From an uncultured Thermotogae bacterium (GTDB taxonomy: Bacteria > Bipolaricaulota > Bipolaricaulia > UBA7950 > UBA9294): a DNA stretch of 64,000 nt. The notes beneath the pieces are model-generated. The model was not told where the DNA came from. It made no database searches and saw only the letters and a program-made list of their open reading frames with translations. This document shows positions 29,239 through 38,922 of this stretch, piece by piece. Position 1 is the first letter of the stretch. Each line of letters starts with the position of its first letter. The position numbers and the translations under genes were made by a program. Location of the stretch: contig CAZKAB010000001.1 in NCBI GenBank assembly GCA_964550615.1, positions 76,786 through 140,785 on the forward strand, given 5' to 3'.

Positions 29239-29363
29239 CGATGACCCTGCCATGGGCTGCGTTCAAGCGTTCAGCCGACTAGTCCAAGGGATAGACCTCT
29301 TCTACACGGTTTTCGAAATGCTAGACTTACTCAGCTCTACTCTAGCACTCGCACTATTCGATG

Positions 29364-30257
29364 TCAAACCCGCTTCCGTTTTCGCTTTGGGTTCACCAGG
29401 TCGCTAATCCCCTCGCCGATCAAACCGAACCCAAGCGACAGCGCAATGATCATGACCCCAGGGAATGTAATAAGCCACCAAGAACCGGATTGGAGAAATT
29501 TCTGCCCGTTCTGAATATCGTAACCCCAGTCCGGCGCTGGCGGCGGAAGCCCGAAGCCAAGAAACGACAGAGCGGCGACCGTGAGGATCGCGTCGGCGAG
29601 ATTGAACGAAGAGACGGCCATGATCGCATTCACTGTGTTGGGGGCGACGTGGCGCACGATGATCCTGAACTTGCTCGCGCCCAGGGCACGCACCGCCTCT
29701 ACGTATGTCGTTTCACGCACCTGCAAGACTTCGGCGCGTGTGACACGGAAGTACGTAGGGATGTATACAAAACCCACAGCCCATATCATCGGACCAAGAC
29801 CCGCGCCAAACATCGCCACCAGCGTGATTGCCAGAATCATCGACGGGAAGGAATAGATCGCGTCCATTGTCAACGATAGGACACGATCGAGCATCCCGCC
29901 GGTGAAACCGGAGATCCATCCGAGAACCGACCCAATGGACATACTGAGAGCCACCGCACCAAAAGCCACAATGAGTGAAGCTTTACCCCCGGCCAAAACC
30001 CTGCTGAACACGTCTCGCTGCAACTGATCCGTCCCCATCAAGTGCTGCAGGGACGGCCCTTGGAGTCGAGGAGCGTCGCGATACTTCGTCGGGCTATAGG
30101 GGGTAAACCATGAGTACTGCGCAAGCGCCGTCACAACCAAGAATATGATGACAACAACTAGTCCTATCTTAAGAATAGTCTGACGCCGCATCGCATGCCG
30201 ACTTCGCGACATCTTGTCGGCAATCCACCCCAATCCCTTGATCAGTCCGCGCACCAT
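29364..30257 (-). CDS. ABC transporter permease (DppC/OppC-like)
   Basis: 297 aa, polytopic. It contains the binding-protein-dependent transport EAA-like region (YVEAVRALGASKFRIIVRHVAPN). Confidence 0.85.
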   Translation of the reverse strand: MVRGLIKGLGWIADKMSRSRHAMRRQTILKIGLVVVIIFLVVTALAQYSWFTPYSPTKYRDAPRLQGPSLQHLMGTDQLQRDVFSRVLAGGKASLIVAFGAVALSMSIGSVLGWISGFTGGMLDRVLSLTMDAIYSFPSMILAITLVAMFGAGLGPMIWAVGFVYIPTYFRVTRAEVLQVRETTYVEAVRALGASKFRIIVRHVAPNTVNAIMAVSSFNLADAILTVAALSFLGFGLPPPAPDWGYDIQNGQKFLQSGSWWLITFPGVMIIALSLGFGLIGEGISDLVNPKRKRKRV

Positions 30258-30258
30258 C

Positions 30259-31278
30259 TCAATACCTCACCCTTGGGTCGATGAATGAATAGGTAATATC
30301 GACAATCAAGTTGATGAGTGAGATAAATATCGCAATAAACACGATAGCCCCCTGAATCGCCGGCCAGTCGCGTGCCTCGATCGAACGCACAAGAAAACTC
30401 GCAATTCCCGGCCAGGAGAAGACCGTCTCGGTGAGAACCGCGCCCCCCATCAGAATCGCAAACTGCAGACCGAACACCGTTACAATCGGGATGAACGCGT
30501 TGCGCAACGCGTGCGACATGATGACTACTCGCTCTTTTGCTCCCTTGGCTCGCGCCGTCGTGACATAATCGGCATCGAGTACCTCAAGCATGCTTGCGCG
30601 GGTCATACGTCCGAGAAGTCCCGCTTGAGCGAACCCTAGCGTGACCGACGGTAGCACGAGGTGTTTGGCTACATCGGCGATCACCTTTCCGTTTCCGCTC
30701 ATGATCGCATCGAAAAGGTAGAAACCCGTCTTAGCCTGAAAAGTGAACGCTATTCGCCCGCCGACGCGTGTGGCAACGGGCAACCAGCCAAGTTTGACAG
30801 CAAAGATTACCTGCAGCATCAGACCTAACCAGAACAACGGCACGGCAAACGATCCGATGTGGAAGATTCTCACGGCATGGTCAAGCGGGCGATCCGCCCA
30901 CACAGCCGCAAGCAATCCCGTTCCAAACCCGAAGACCCACGCAAAGATAAGGCCGAAGAAGGCAAGCTCCAGCGTCGCCGGAAACCGCAGGAAGATCTCC
31001 GATACAACAGGCTTGCTCGTGCTATATGAATTACCGAAATCACCGCGAACGATATCACTCAGATAGTCCACGAACTGAACGGGTATCGGCCTGTCTACTC
31101 CCATCTTGTGGCGATACTCAGCCATCAATTCCGGAGAAACATTCCTCCCTCCAAGGATTGCCGTTACGGGATCGCCGGGCATAACGCGGAGAATAAGAAA
31201 GACTACGGTAAGAAGAATGAATAGCATAGGAATTGTCAACAACAGGCGTTGCAGGATATATCGCCCTATTCCACTCAT
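30259..31278 (-). CDS. ABC transporter permease (DppB/OppB-like)
   Basis: 339 aa. It has the typical N-terminus (YILQRLLLTIPMLFILLTVVFLILRVMPGDP) and EAA region (YVTTARAKGAKERVVIMSHALRNA). It ends 1 nt before the dppC-like start. Confidence 0.85.
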   Translation of the reverse strand: MSGIGRYILQRLLLTIPMLFILLTVVFLILRVMPGDPVTAILGGRNVSPELMAEYRHKMGVDRPIPVQFVDYLSDIVRGDFGNSYSTSKPVVSEIFLRFPATLELAFFGLIFAWVFGFGTGLLAAVWADRPLDHAVRIFHIGSFAVPLFWLGLMLQVIFAVKLGWLPVATRVGGRIAFTFQAKTGFYLFDAIMSGNGKVIADVAKHLVLPSVTLGFAQAGLLGRMTRASMLEVLDADYVTTARAKGAKERVVIMSHALRNAFIPIVTVFGLQFAILMGGAVLTETVFSWPGIASFLVRSIEARDWPAIQGAIVFIAIFISLINLIVDITYSFIDPRVRY

Positions 31279-31400
31279 ACCAATCCCTTCTTCTTTTTGC
31301 TAGAATGCTCCTGAACTTGCAGGTTCGTAACCAGTATCAGACATAGTAATATCTTGTGCCAGTCAATACAAGCACAAACCGCACGATTGTGCGTGCTGTT

Positions 31401-31429
31401 TTGACTTCTCTTGACCTCTCAATTAGAAT
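31401..31429 (+). promoter_or_regulatory. Candidate sigma70 promoter for alaS (TTGACT-N17-TAGAAT)
   Basis: TTGACT is at 31401-31406 and TAGAAT at 31424-31429. The alaS ATG lies 26 nt downstream. Confidence 0.5.
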
Positions 31430-31454
31430 CTCCTCCGTCGCAAAGGGGGATTGC

Positions 31455-34043
31455 ATGCAGGCTCACGAACTTCGCAAGCGATATATCGAGTACTTCGTCG
31501 AACAGGGACACCGACACGTTCCCAGCGCCTCTCTTGTGCCGAACGATCCTACGCTGCTGTTCACTTCAGCGGGAATGGTTCAGTTTAAGGAGATTTTCTG
31601 GGGACACGTTGACCCTGCCTTCCCTCGTGCAACCACCTATCAGAAGTGCTTTCGCACAACCGACATCGAGAACGTAGGTGTGACCGCTTACCACCATACG
31701 TTCTTCGAGATGCTCGGCAACTTCTCTTTCGGCGACTACTTCAGAGAAGGGGCGATCGCATTCGCGTGGGAGTTTCTCACTAAGGAACTCGGGATTCCGA
31801 AAGACCGTTTGTGGGTTTCGGTGTACGAAGATGACGATGAAGCATTCGCAATCTGGCGCGATTCGGTGGGCATCCCCACGGATCGAATCGTGCGTCTGGG
31901 AAAGGACCACAACTGGTGGGGACCGGTCGGTGACGCCGGACCATGCGGGCCCGATTCGGAGATATTCTTCGACTCCGGCGAGTCGGCGGCCTGCGGCTCG
32001 GATTGCCGGGGAGTTGCATGTGATTGCGATCGTTTCTCTGAGATCTGGAATCTCGTATTCATGGAATACGATGCCCGCCCTGACGGCACATTCGAGCCGC
32101 TAGTAAAGAAGAACATAGACACTGGCATGGGACTGGAGCGGACTACCGCAGTTTTGCAGGGAGCGAAAAGCAACTTCGACACCGACCTTTTTGTTCCCGT
32201 GCTGGATGCGATCGACGCTGCGGCGACGCAGAAGCTCGCCGACAAGAACAGGATCGATCGAAACATTATCGCCGATCACATCCGCGGTATCCTCTTCCTC
32301 ATAGCCGATGGCGTACTCCCGGGGAACGAAAAACAAGGATATGTCCTGCGGCGCATTCTCCGGCGAGCGATTCGCTCCGGCGAGCGGCTCGCCCTATCGG
32401 CGGGAACGCTCACATCTCTCGTAGAACCGGTAATCGACACACTGGGGGCGGCATATCCGGAGATCATCGCCGCACGATCACTAGCAAAACGCGTCATCTC
32501 TCATGAAGAGGACGCTTTTCGCAGAACGCTTCACGCCGGAGAGCAACGCCTGGAACGCATCTTGACGGAACTCGTCGAGCAAGGCAAGGACACGCTCTCG
32601 GGACAGCTCGCGTTCGAACTGTACGATACGTATGGTTTCCCCAAGGAGATGACGAAAGAAATCGTCTCTTCGCAGGGGATAGCGGTCGATGAGGAAGGAT
32701 TCCAGGAAGCAATGGCCGAGCAGAGAGAGCGCTCGCGAGGAAACGTTGACAACGTAACGTCACCCGCAAAGGGCGAACCGGATATTCCGGCGGGTGCCGA
32801 TGCGACGCGTTTCACAGGCTACGAATCAACCGAGGACGAAGCCGTTCTCTCGAACGCGCTCGAAAAGGCAGGCGTTGTCGATCGGATGATATTCCCGTCG
32901 TCCCCATTCTATGCCGAGGCGGGCGGGCAGATCTCGGACACGGGAACGATTATGAATCTATCCCGCGAAGGGCGTGCCACGGTCATTGAGGTAAGCAAGG
33001 AGACCGGCGGAGTCTTCGTCCACCACGTGCAGCTCGAGGTAGGATCGTTTGAAAGCGGTGACCGCTGCCGGCTGACCGTCGATGCGCAGAAGCGCAAGCG
33101 GATCGCACGCAATCATACCGCCACTCACCTACTGCACACCGCGTTGCGCAGCGTATTAGGAGATCATGTGATCCAGGCCGGTTCGTACGTAACCGACAAC
33201 GAGCTGCGCTTTGACTTCTCTCACTTTGAGAAGCTGTCCTCTGCTGAGACCGCTGCTGTCGAAGACATGGCGAACGAAGCGGTACTGCGCGACCTCGCGG
33301 TTGAAACCACTGAGATGTCTCTCGAACAGGCAAAGCGGTCTCAGGCAATGGCTCACTTCGAGGATGAATACCGGGGCAAGAAACTGGTACGTGTCGTATC
33401 AGTGGGTGATTTTAGCCGTGAACTGTGCGGCGGGACGCATGTCGAGAGAAGTGGCGAGATTGGGTTGATCAAGATTGTCGCAGAAGAAAGCGTGGCCGCT
33501 GGAACACGTCGGATTCGCGCTATCACTGGAGACGGCGCCCTCCACTGGATGCGAGAGCGCAACAGCGTCATCACGCGCTTACAGGATGAACTCGGTGAGG
33601 ATCCGTTTGTCGGCCTCAGCCGCCTGCGAGACCAAGTAACATCGCTAGGCGAACAGCTGGCCGCGTTGAACAAGGCCTCACTTGCCGAGTCGTGCGACGA
33701 TCTTCTCTCTCAAGGAGTCGACCTTGGCGCCGCCACGCTGTACCATTCCCTGCTTGATCTGAACGCCGATCAACTGAAGGAACTGAGCGATCTCGTCGAG
33801 GCGAAAGGATGCCCGGCCATTGTTCTTCTTGCTTCGGCGGCCGGTGACCGTGGCGCGATCGTATGTAAGACGACCGATGGCTTGCCTGTCGACGCCGGAT
33901 CGATTGTGCGCACGCTGACCAAGGCCTTTGGCGGTGGTGGCGGCGGCACAAGTACGTTCGCTCAGGGCGGTGGCTTGCGCAAAGACGCCCTCAACGACGC
34001 CCTTGCAGAAGGAGTGCACTTAATCCGCGCCGCTCTCAACTAG
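31455..34043 (+). CDS. alaS: Alanine--tRNA ligase
   Basis: ORF 31356..34043. I prefer the start at ATG 31455 (MQAHELRKRYIEYFVEQGHRHVPSASLVP, the canonical AlaRS N-terminus) with GGGGGA upstream. It also has the editing-domain HTATHLLH motif and a C-terminal GGGG region. Confidence 0.95.
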   Translation: MQAHELRKRYIEYFVEQGHRHVPSASLVPNDPTLLFTSAGMVQFKEIFWGHVDPAFPRATTYQKCFRTTDIENVGVTAYHHTFFEMLGNFSFGDYFREGAIAFAWEFLTKELGIPKDRLWVSVYEDDDEAFAIWRDSVGIPTDRIVRLGKDHNWWGPVGDAGPCGPDSEIFFDSGESAACGSDCRGVACDCDRFSEIWNLVFMEYDARPDGTFEPLVKKNIDTGMGLERTTAVLQGAKSNFDTDLFVPVLDAIDAAATQKLADKNRIDRNIIADHIRGILFLIADGVLPGNEKQGYVLRRILRRAIRSGERLALSAGTLTSLVEPVIDTLGAAYPEIIAARSLAKRVISHEEDAFRRTLHAGEQRLERILTELVEQGKDTLSGQLAFELYDTYGFPKEMTKEIVSSQGIAVDEEGFQEAMAEQRERSRGNVDNVTSPAKGEPDIPAGADATRFTGYESTEDEAVLSNALEKAGVVDRMIFPSSPFYAEAGGQISDTGTIMNLSREGRATVIEVSKETGGVFVHHVQLEVGSFESGDRCRLTVDAQKRKRIARNHTATHLLHTALRSVLGDHVIQAGSYVTDNELRFDFSHFEKLSSAETAAVEDMANEAVLRDLAVETTEMSLEQAKRSQAMAHFEDEYRGKKLVRVVSVGDFSRELCGGTHVERSGEIGLIKIVAEESVAAGTRRIRAITGDGALHWMRERNSVITRLQDELGEDPFVGLSRLRDQVTSLGEQLAALNKASLAESCDDLLSQGVDLGAATLYHSLLDLNADQLKELSDLVEAKGCPAIVLLASAAGDRGAIVCKTTDGLPVDAGSIVRTLTKAFGGGGGGTSTFAQGGGLRKDALNDALAEGVHLIRAALN

Positions 34044-35191
34044 CCTGCCAGGCGCACCGGCATGCAGACATAGAGGAATCCCTCATCCTGTGGGGAGATC
34101 CCATCCCCTGTCGGCTCAATCAGGCCCGCCTTTTCCGAAGTCGCAAGCCAAAGCGCAATATCATCGGAAGCCATCCGCTTGAGCACATCGATCAAGTACT
34201 CGGCCTTGAAAGAAATCTCGATCGCGTCCGATGGGACCTTGCCCAAGCGAACGCGCTCCTCCGCCTCTCCTTTCTCCTTGGAGGAAGAGTTTATCCTTAC
34301 CGCGCTTTCTTCGTTCGTAACCCGAAGTGTCACCGCTCCCGACTCCTCAGCAGCGGTAATTTCTATGCGCTGAAGACTCGCCAACAATGCCTGTCGCTTG
34401 AACGTAAGGACAATCGGATTCTCCTTGGGGACCACCCGCTCAAAGTCAGGGAATTCCTCCGCGATCGTCTTTGCAACGAATGTCACGCCCCCCGCCTGGA
34501 AGAAGATCTGGCCGTCGTCGCGGTACAGATCCACCTTGTTGGTGTTGATCTGAGATAGGACACGATCGAGATCGGAAAGCACGCCCGCTTCGATCAAGAA
34601 TTCGCCCTCCTCAAGAATCTCCTCCATCGGGAGTGTCTTCACCGCCAGGCGGTACCCATTGGTGGCGATCATCTTTGTCGATCCGCCGCCGAGAATCATG
34701 TTCACGCCCGTCAGGCTGAGGCGCGTCGTTTCGTTCATCTTCAGCGCCGCAAACGCCGTCTGCTCAAGTCCCCGATGGAACTTGTCCACCTGCATTGTAC
34801 CGATGCGAGTCGGCGGGAGGGGTGCGATATCCGGGTAATCCTCCACCGGGAGCGTCGGCAGGTCGAACAAAGTCTCACCGCAGCGAAGTTTGACGACCGC
34901 GCCGTCGTGCTCATCGGTCTTCATTGTAATGCGCTCATCTTCAGGGAGGTGGCTGGCGATCTTGGAAAGGATGGAGCCGTTCAGTACCACGGACTCGTCT
35001 TCTCCCTTGTTCTCGACCTTAAGCACGCAATGGACCGCTCGTTCCAGATCCGTGGCGTGAAGATGCAGCTCTTGTCCGCTCAACTCCATCTTCAGCCCAG
35101 AGAGAATGGGCATGCTGCTGCGAGTGCCGAGAGCGTAGCTTGCGAGCCTTACGCCAAACACCAACTCATCTTTCATGCATACAAAATCCAT
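34040..35191 (-). CDS. dnaN: DNA polymerase III beta sliding clamp
   Basis: 383 aa with a DnaN-like pattern (PILSGLKMELSGQELHLHATDLE, and three-domain length). GGGGGAG lies 4 nt upstream of ATG 35191. Confidence 0.88.
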   Translation of the reverse strand: MDFVCMKDELVFGVRLASYALGTRSSMPILSGLKMELSGQELHLHATDLERAVHCVLKVENKGEDESVVLNGSILSKIASHLPEDERITMKTDEHDGAVVKLRCGETLFDLPTLPVEDYPDIAPLPPTRIGTMQVDKFHRGLEQTAFAALKMNETTRLSLTGVNMILGGGSTKMIATNGYRLAVKTLPMEEILEEGEFLIEAGVLSDLDRVLSQINTNKVDLYRDDGQIFFQAGGVTFVAKTIAEEFPDFERVVPKENPIVLTFKRQALLASLQRIEITAAEESGAVTLRVTNEESAVRINSSSKEKGEAEERVRLGKVPSDAIEISFKAEYLIDVLKRMASDDIALWLATSEKAGLIEPTGDGISPQDEGFLYVCMPVRLAG

Positions 35192-35257
35192 CGTTCTCCC
35201 CCTTAATGGCGCAAGTGATGATACTCATCATACACGATCGGTGGGCGTTGCCAAAAG

Positions 35258-35875
35258 TCACAGACCGAGGTGAGTTGCCACCTGAGCGGCAATCTCATCA
35301 ATGGGCAAAGTGGCGTCAATCACCCGCACCGACGAATCATTGCTCGTCAATTTCAAATAGCCTGAGCGTACGCGCTGATAGAACGCAAGATCCTCCTCTT
35401 CGATTCGATCGCGAACCCTCCCTCGTCTTTCCAACGCCTTCTCGGCGGGAAGGTCGAGCAAGAAAGTGAGATCGGGCTGTCTCCCGGCGGTCGCAATCTC
35501 GTTCAATCGCCGAATGAGGTCAAGTTCAATGCCGCGTCCATACCCCTGATAGGCAAGGCTGGAGAGGCGAAATCTGCTGGATACGACAACCCGGCTCGCT
35601 TGCAGCGCCGGCTCGATCACCTCGAACGATAGTTGCGCACGGCAGGTGATGAACAACGCCAGCTCTGATAAGGGAAGAAGTTGAGTGTTGTCATTCGAAA
35701 GGATAACACGGCGAACGCTCTCACCTAACGCAGTCCCACCCGGCTCACGCGTGGCTGTCACCGGAATCCCGAGCCCCTGCATACGAACTGCGAGACGCTC
35801 GACTTGCGTCGACTTCCCCGTGAAATCAAGTCCCTCAAAGACGATCAGTTTTCGCTTCAGTTCGATCGTTTCCAC
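35258..35875 (-). CDS. tmk: Thymidylate kinase
   Basis: P-loop FEGLDFTGKSTQ and the TREPGGT motif are present; 205 aa. It overlaps the lspA 3' end by 41 nt if ATG 35875 is used. Confidence 0.9.
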   Translation of the reverse strand: METIELKRKLIVFEGLDFTGKSTQVERLAVRMQGLGIPVTATREPGGTALGESVRRVILSNDNTQLLPLSELALFITCRAQLSFEVIEPALQASRVVVSSRFRLSSLAYQGYGRGIELDLIRRLNEIATAGRQPDLTFLLDLPAEKALERRGRVRDRIEEEDLAFYQRVRSGYLKLTSNDSSVRVIDATLPIDEIAAQVATHLGL

Positions 35876-36311
35876 CCCCGAAAATGGTGTGAATGATCAC
35901 TAGCACCGTTCCTACGCTCACGCAAACATCGGCAAGATTATTGACAAACAGCCCACGGAATTCCAGGAAATCAAGGACATATCCGTAGGCAAGGCGGTCG
36001 ATCAGGTTGCCAACCGCTCCCGCGAGTAACAGCGCCAGCCCGACTTTCATCACGGCGCTTCTCGTCCGGTCGCGCAGAAGGATGACGATCACTGTAACAG
36101 AGACCGCAATCGAGACAGCGATGAAGAGCTCTCCCCCACCAGGGAATATGCCAAGCGCACCGCCTACGTTGTGAACTCGAGTGAGGCGGATGAAATGGCC
36201 GAGCAAAGGCCGTGATTCGGACAGAGCGAGGGTCTGACCGGCCCACCACTTGAGAACTCGATCCGCCCCAACAGCGACGCCGGCGATAAGAAGGGAGGAG
36301 TACCTATTCAT
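35835..36311 (-). CDS. lspA: Lipoprotein signal peptidase (signal peptidase II)
   Basis: 158 aa with four TM segments and the conserved motifs NVGGALG and GAVGNLIDR...VLDFL. Confidence 0.85.
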   Translation of the reverse strand: MNRYSSLLIAGVAVGADRVLKWWAGQTLALSESRPLLGHFIRLTRVHNVGGALGIFPGGGELFIAVSIAVSVTVIVILLRDRTRSAVMKVGLALLLAGAVGNLIDRLAYGYVLDFLEFRGLFVNNLADVCVSVGTVLVIIHTIFGGGNDRTEAKTDRL

Positions 36312-36431
36312 GACAGCACAGACTATCCTCCAGAGACGATCGGGTCAAGCGAGAAAGCGATTCCCCTTGCACGCCACCACCGTAGAGGGTAGGGTGTAAG
36401 AACCCTCGTGAATAGGATAAGGGAGGACTAA

Positions 36432-37160
36432 ATGCGTCTACTGCGATTCGTCGAGAAAGGGTCACATTCGGAAGCACGGAACGGTCGACTGGAAGGGGAG
36501 ATGGTGGTCACAGCGGATTCCTCTCTTCCGCTAGCAAGCGTCGACCTGCTTGCTCCGTGCATTCCGACAAAGATTGTCTGCGTCGGCCGCAACTACGCTG
36601 CACACGCCAAGGAGCTGGGAAATGAGGTTCCCACACGCCCATTGCTGTTTTTCAAGCCGCCGTCTGCCGTGATCGGACCGGAGGAAGAGATCGTTCTGCC
36701 GAACAGCCCGCTCATCCATCACGAGGCGGAACTTGCCGTCGTCATCGGTAAGCGTTGCCGCAACGTGCATGCCGAGCAGGCAATGGACGTGGTGCTCGGT
36801 TATACGTGCATGAATGACGTGTCCGATCGCGATGCGCAGAAGTGGGACACCAACTGGGTGCGCGCTAAGGGGTTCGACACATCGGCACCGCTCGGGCCGG
36901 TGATCGTCACAAAGGAGGAAATCGAGGGACCGTTCCACGTCATGACGCGTGTGAACGGAGAAACGCGACAGGATGGTTCTACGAGCGATTTCATCTTTCC
37001 AATCGGAACGCTGATCGCGGAGGTTTCTTCCTACATGACGTTGGAAGAGGGCGACATCATCGCCACCGGCACGCCCGCCGGGGTCGGCCCGCTCGTGGCA
37101 GGCGATATCGTCGAAGTAGAGATCGAGGGAATAGGCATACTGAGAAACCGCGTGCGTTGA
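36432..37160 (+). CDS. Fumarylacetoacetate hydrolase (FAH) family protein
   Basis: Typical FAH-family segments are present (KIVCVGRNYAAHAKELG, FFKPPSAVIGP, EAELAVVIGK, GDIIATGTPAGVG). Confidence 0.85.
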   Translation: MRLLRFVEKGSHSEARNGRLEGEMVVTADSSLPLASVDLLAPCIPTKIVCVGRNYAAHAKELGNEVPTRPLLFFKPPSAVIGPEEEIVLPNSPLIHHEAELAVVIGKRCRNVHAEQAMDVVLGYTCMNDVSDRDAQKWDTNWVRAKGFDTSAPLGPVIVTKEEIEGPFHVMTRVNGETRQDGSTSDFIFPIGTLIAEVSSYMTLEEGDIIATGTPAGVGPLVAGDIVEVEIEGIGILRNRVR

Positions 37161-37215
37161 CATGCGCCCGCGGACAGGCGCGTGCGCTTGACGTTCATCT
37201 ACCGAAGGAAGAGAG

Positions 37216-38262
37216 ATGCCCCCACGCAACATGCGAATTGTTCTTATCGGTATGGGAAACCTCGGCCGTCGATTCATTGAACTCATCCGCGACAAGGCGG
37301 CCATTCTGAACAATCGGTACGGGATTTCACTCACGCTGGTCGGTGTCGCCGATTCGCGCGGGGCGGCACACGACACCAACGGCCTTGATCTCTCGACAGT
37401 GCTGAAAGTCAAAGCTGAGACAGGTACGGTAGCGGAGTATCCGCACGTCGGGAACTGGGATCTTTCTGCACTCCAACTCGTGCGTACAGTCGACGCCGAC
37501 GTCGTGTGCGAGGCGACACCGGTCAATATCGCTCAAGGAGGCGAGCCGGCGCTCTCGTGTATTCGTGCCGCACTCATGCGCGGGATGCACGTCGTTACTC
37601 CCAACAAGGGACCGATAGTCCTTGCCTATCGAGAACTCGTACAACTCGCGGACAGACACGGGGTCTCGATTCGCTTCGATGGAACGGTCGCTGGTGGTCT
37701 CCCTGCTCTCTCCATCGGAGCGAGAGACTTACGCGGGGCGACGATTGACGCAATTGAGACCGTGCCGAATCTCGTCACAGGCTACATCCTCGATCTCATC
37801 GCAGCCGGTGTTTCATGGGAAGAAGCCCTCGTCTCCGCCTGCAATGAGGGCGTGCTGGAAGCCGATTCGGCCTGGGATCTTGAAGGATGGGATGCTGCAG
37901 CCAAGCTCATTATTCTGGCAAACGCGGTCCTTGATATGCCGGCGGAACTGAAAGACGTAGATCGCACTGGAATCGTGGGCATCTCGCCGAGCGAAGTGCG
38001 CTCCCAGACGAGAGACGGTCGCCGCATGCGCCTATTGGCGACCGCACGGCGCACGGATGCCACCTTCGCATTGAAGGTGGCGCCGATCGGGCTCCCTGTC
38101 GACCATCCATTGGGGAGACTGGGGCACAAGGAGATGGGAATCGTCTACCATACCGATATCTTCGGAACGATCACCGCGATTATCAAAGAGGAGACGCCGC
38201 TCCCGTCGGCGGCGACGATCCTGCGCGATATCCTCGAGATAGCCATCGACGGCACCGCTTGA
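37216..38262 (+). CDS. Homoserine dehydrogenase family oxidoreductase
   Basis: It has an N-terminal Rossmann motif (IVLIGMGNLGRRF), a central VVTPNKGPIV motif and a catalytic-domain-like C-terminus. This is a family-level call; the substrate is not established. Confidence 0.65.
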   Translation: MPPRNMRIVLIGMGNLGRRFIELIRDKAAILNNRYGISLTLVGVADSRGAAHDTNGLDLSTVLKVKAETGTVAEYPHVGNWDLSALQLVRTVDADVVCEATPVNIAQGGEPALSCIRAALMRGMHVVTPNKGPIVLAYRELVQLADRHGVSIRFDGTVAGGLPALSIGARDLRGATIDAIETVPNLVTGYILDLIAAGVSWEEALVSACNEGVLEADSAWDLEGWDAAAKLIILANAVLDMPAELKDVDRTGIVGISPSEVRSQTRDGRRMRLLATARRTDATFALKVAPIGLPVDHPLGRLGHKEMGIVYHTDIFGTITAIIKEETPLPSAATILRDILEIAIDGTA

Positions 38263-38321
38263 TCCCACTATTACCGCGGACTACTCTCTGCCGCAAATCA
38301 CAGCTCTGAAAAGGGGAATCT

Positions 38322-38720
38322 ATGATGACAATCGGCTCACGACATGAAATGACGTGGATCGTGGAGAAGGAACATCTGGCAAGCAGTTTCGGAAGCGGTC
38401 TGGCTGATGTGCTGGCAACGCCCGTTCTTGTCGGCTTTTGCGAGGAGTGCTGCCGCAAATTGGTCGATCCTTCAATTGAAAAAGGGAAGCAGACAGTGGG
38501 AACCGAAATCTGTCTGCAGCACAAAGCAGCAACCCCGATTGGCATGAAGGTCACCGTGTGCGCCACACTGGTGGAAATCGATAACCGCCGCCTTCGATTC
38601 GAAGTCGATGCTGCGGATGCAATTGAACAGATTGCCGCCGCAACGCACGAACGGTTCATAGTCGACACAGACCGCTTTGTTCGCCGGATTCAAGACAAAG
38701 CAAGAAAGAAACCAGCCTAA
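38322..38720 (+). CDS. Hotdog-fold thioesterase, FlK-like subfamily
   Basis: 132 aa. The pattern VLATPVLVGFCEECCRKLV...GTEICLQHKAATPIGMKVTVCATLVEIDNRRLRFEV...ATHERFIV parallels the fluoroacetyl-CoA thioesterase-like family as I remember it. Confidence 0.65.
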   Translation: MMTIGSRHEMTWIVEKEHLASSFGSGLADVLATPVLVGFCEECCRKLVDPSIEKGKQTVGTEICLQHKAATPIGMKVTVCATLVEIDNRRLRFEVDAADAIEQIAAATHERFIVDTDRFVRRIQDKARKKPA

Positions 38721-38886
38721 TCCGGAGCGGCTATCGCGCCCGCGGAGCCACAATGTCGTCTTATTGCTGCACACAAAAGACGCAGTCTGTTCACACAAAC
38801 CACACAACGGGACCGTAATATCCAATCAGGTTACAGCAGACGAACCTGCCAACACCTCCTTGAAGAGCAGCCCCCTACGACTGCAC

Positions 38887-38922
38887 AGCGGGGCCCGCAA
38901 AGCGAGCCCCGCTCCCCTTTTT
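38887..38922 (+). terminator. Candidate rho-independent terminator on the plus strand
   Basis: The stem AGCGGGGC (38887-38894) pairs with GCCCCGCT (38906-38913) around an 11-nt loop, followed by CCCCTTTTT (to 38922). It lies 167 nt after the thioesterase stop. Confidence 0.45.

Noticed and set aside
36531-37526. A 331-aa minus-strand ORF, one of the longest in the track.
   Set aside because: It runs antisense across two well-supported plus-strand genes (FAH family and homoserine-dehydrogenase family). It has an Arg/Ser/Pro-rich shadow-frame composition, no SD and no recognisable motif.
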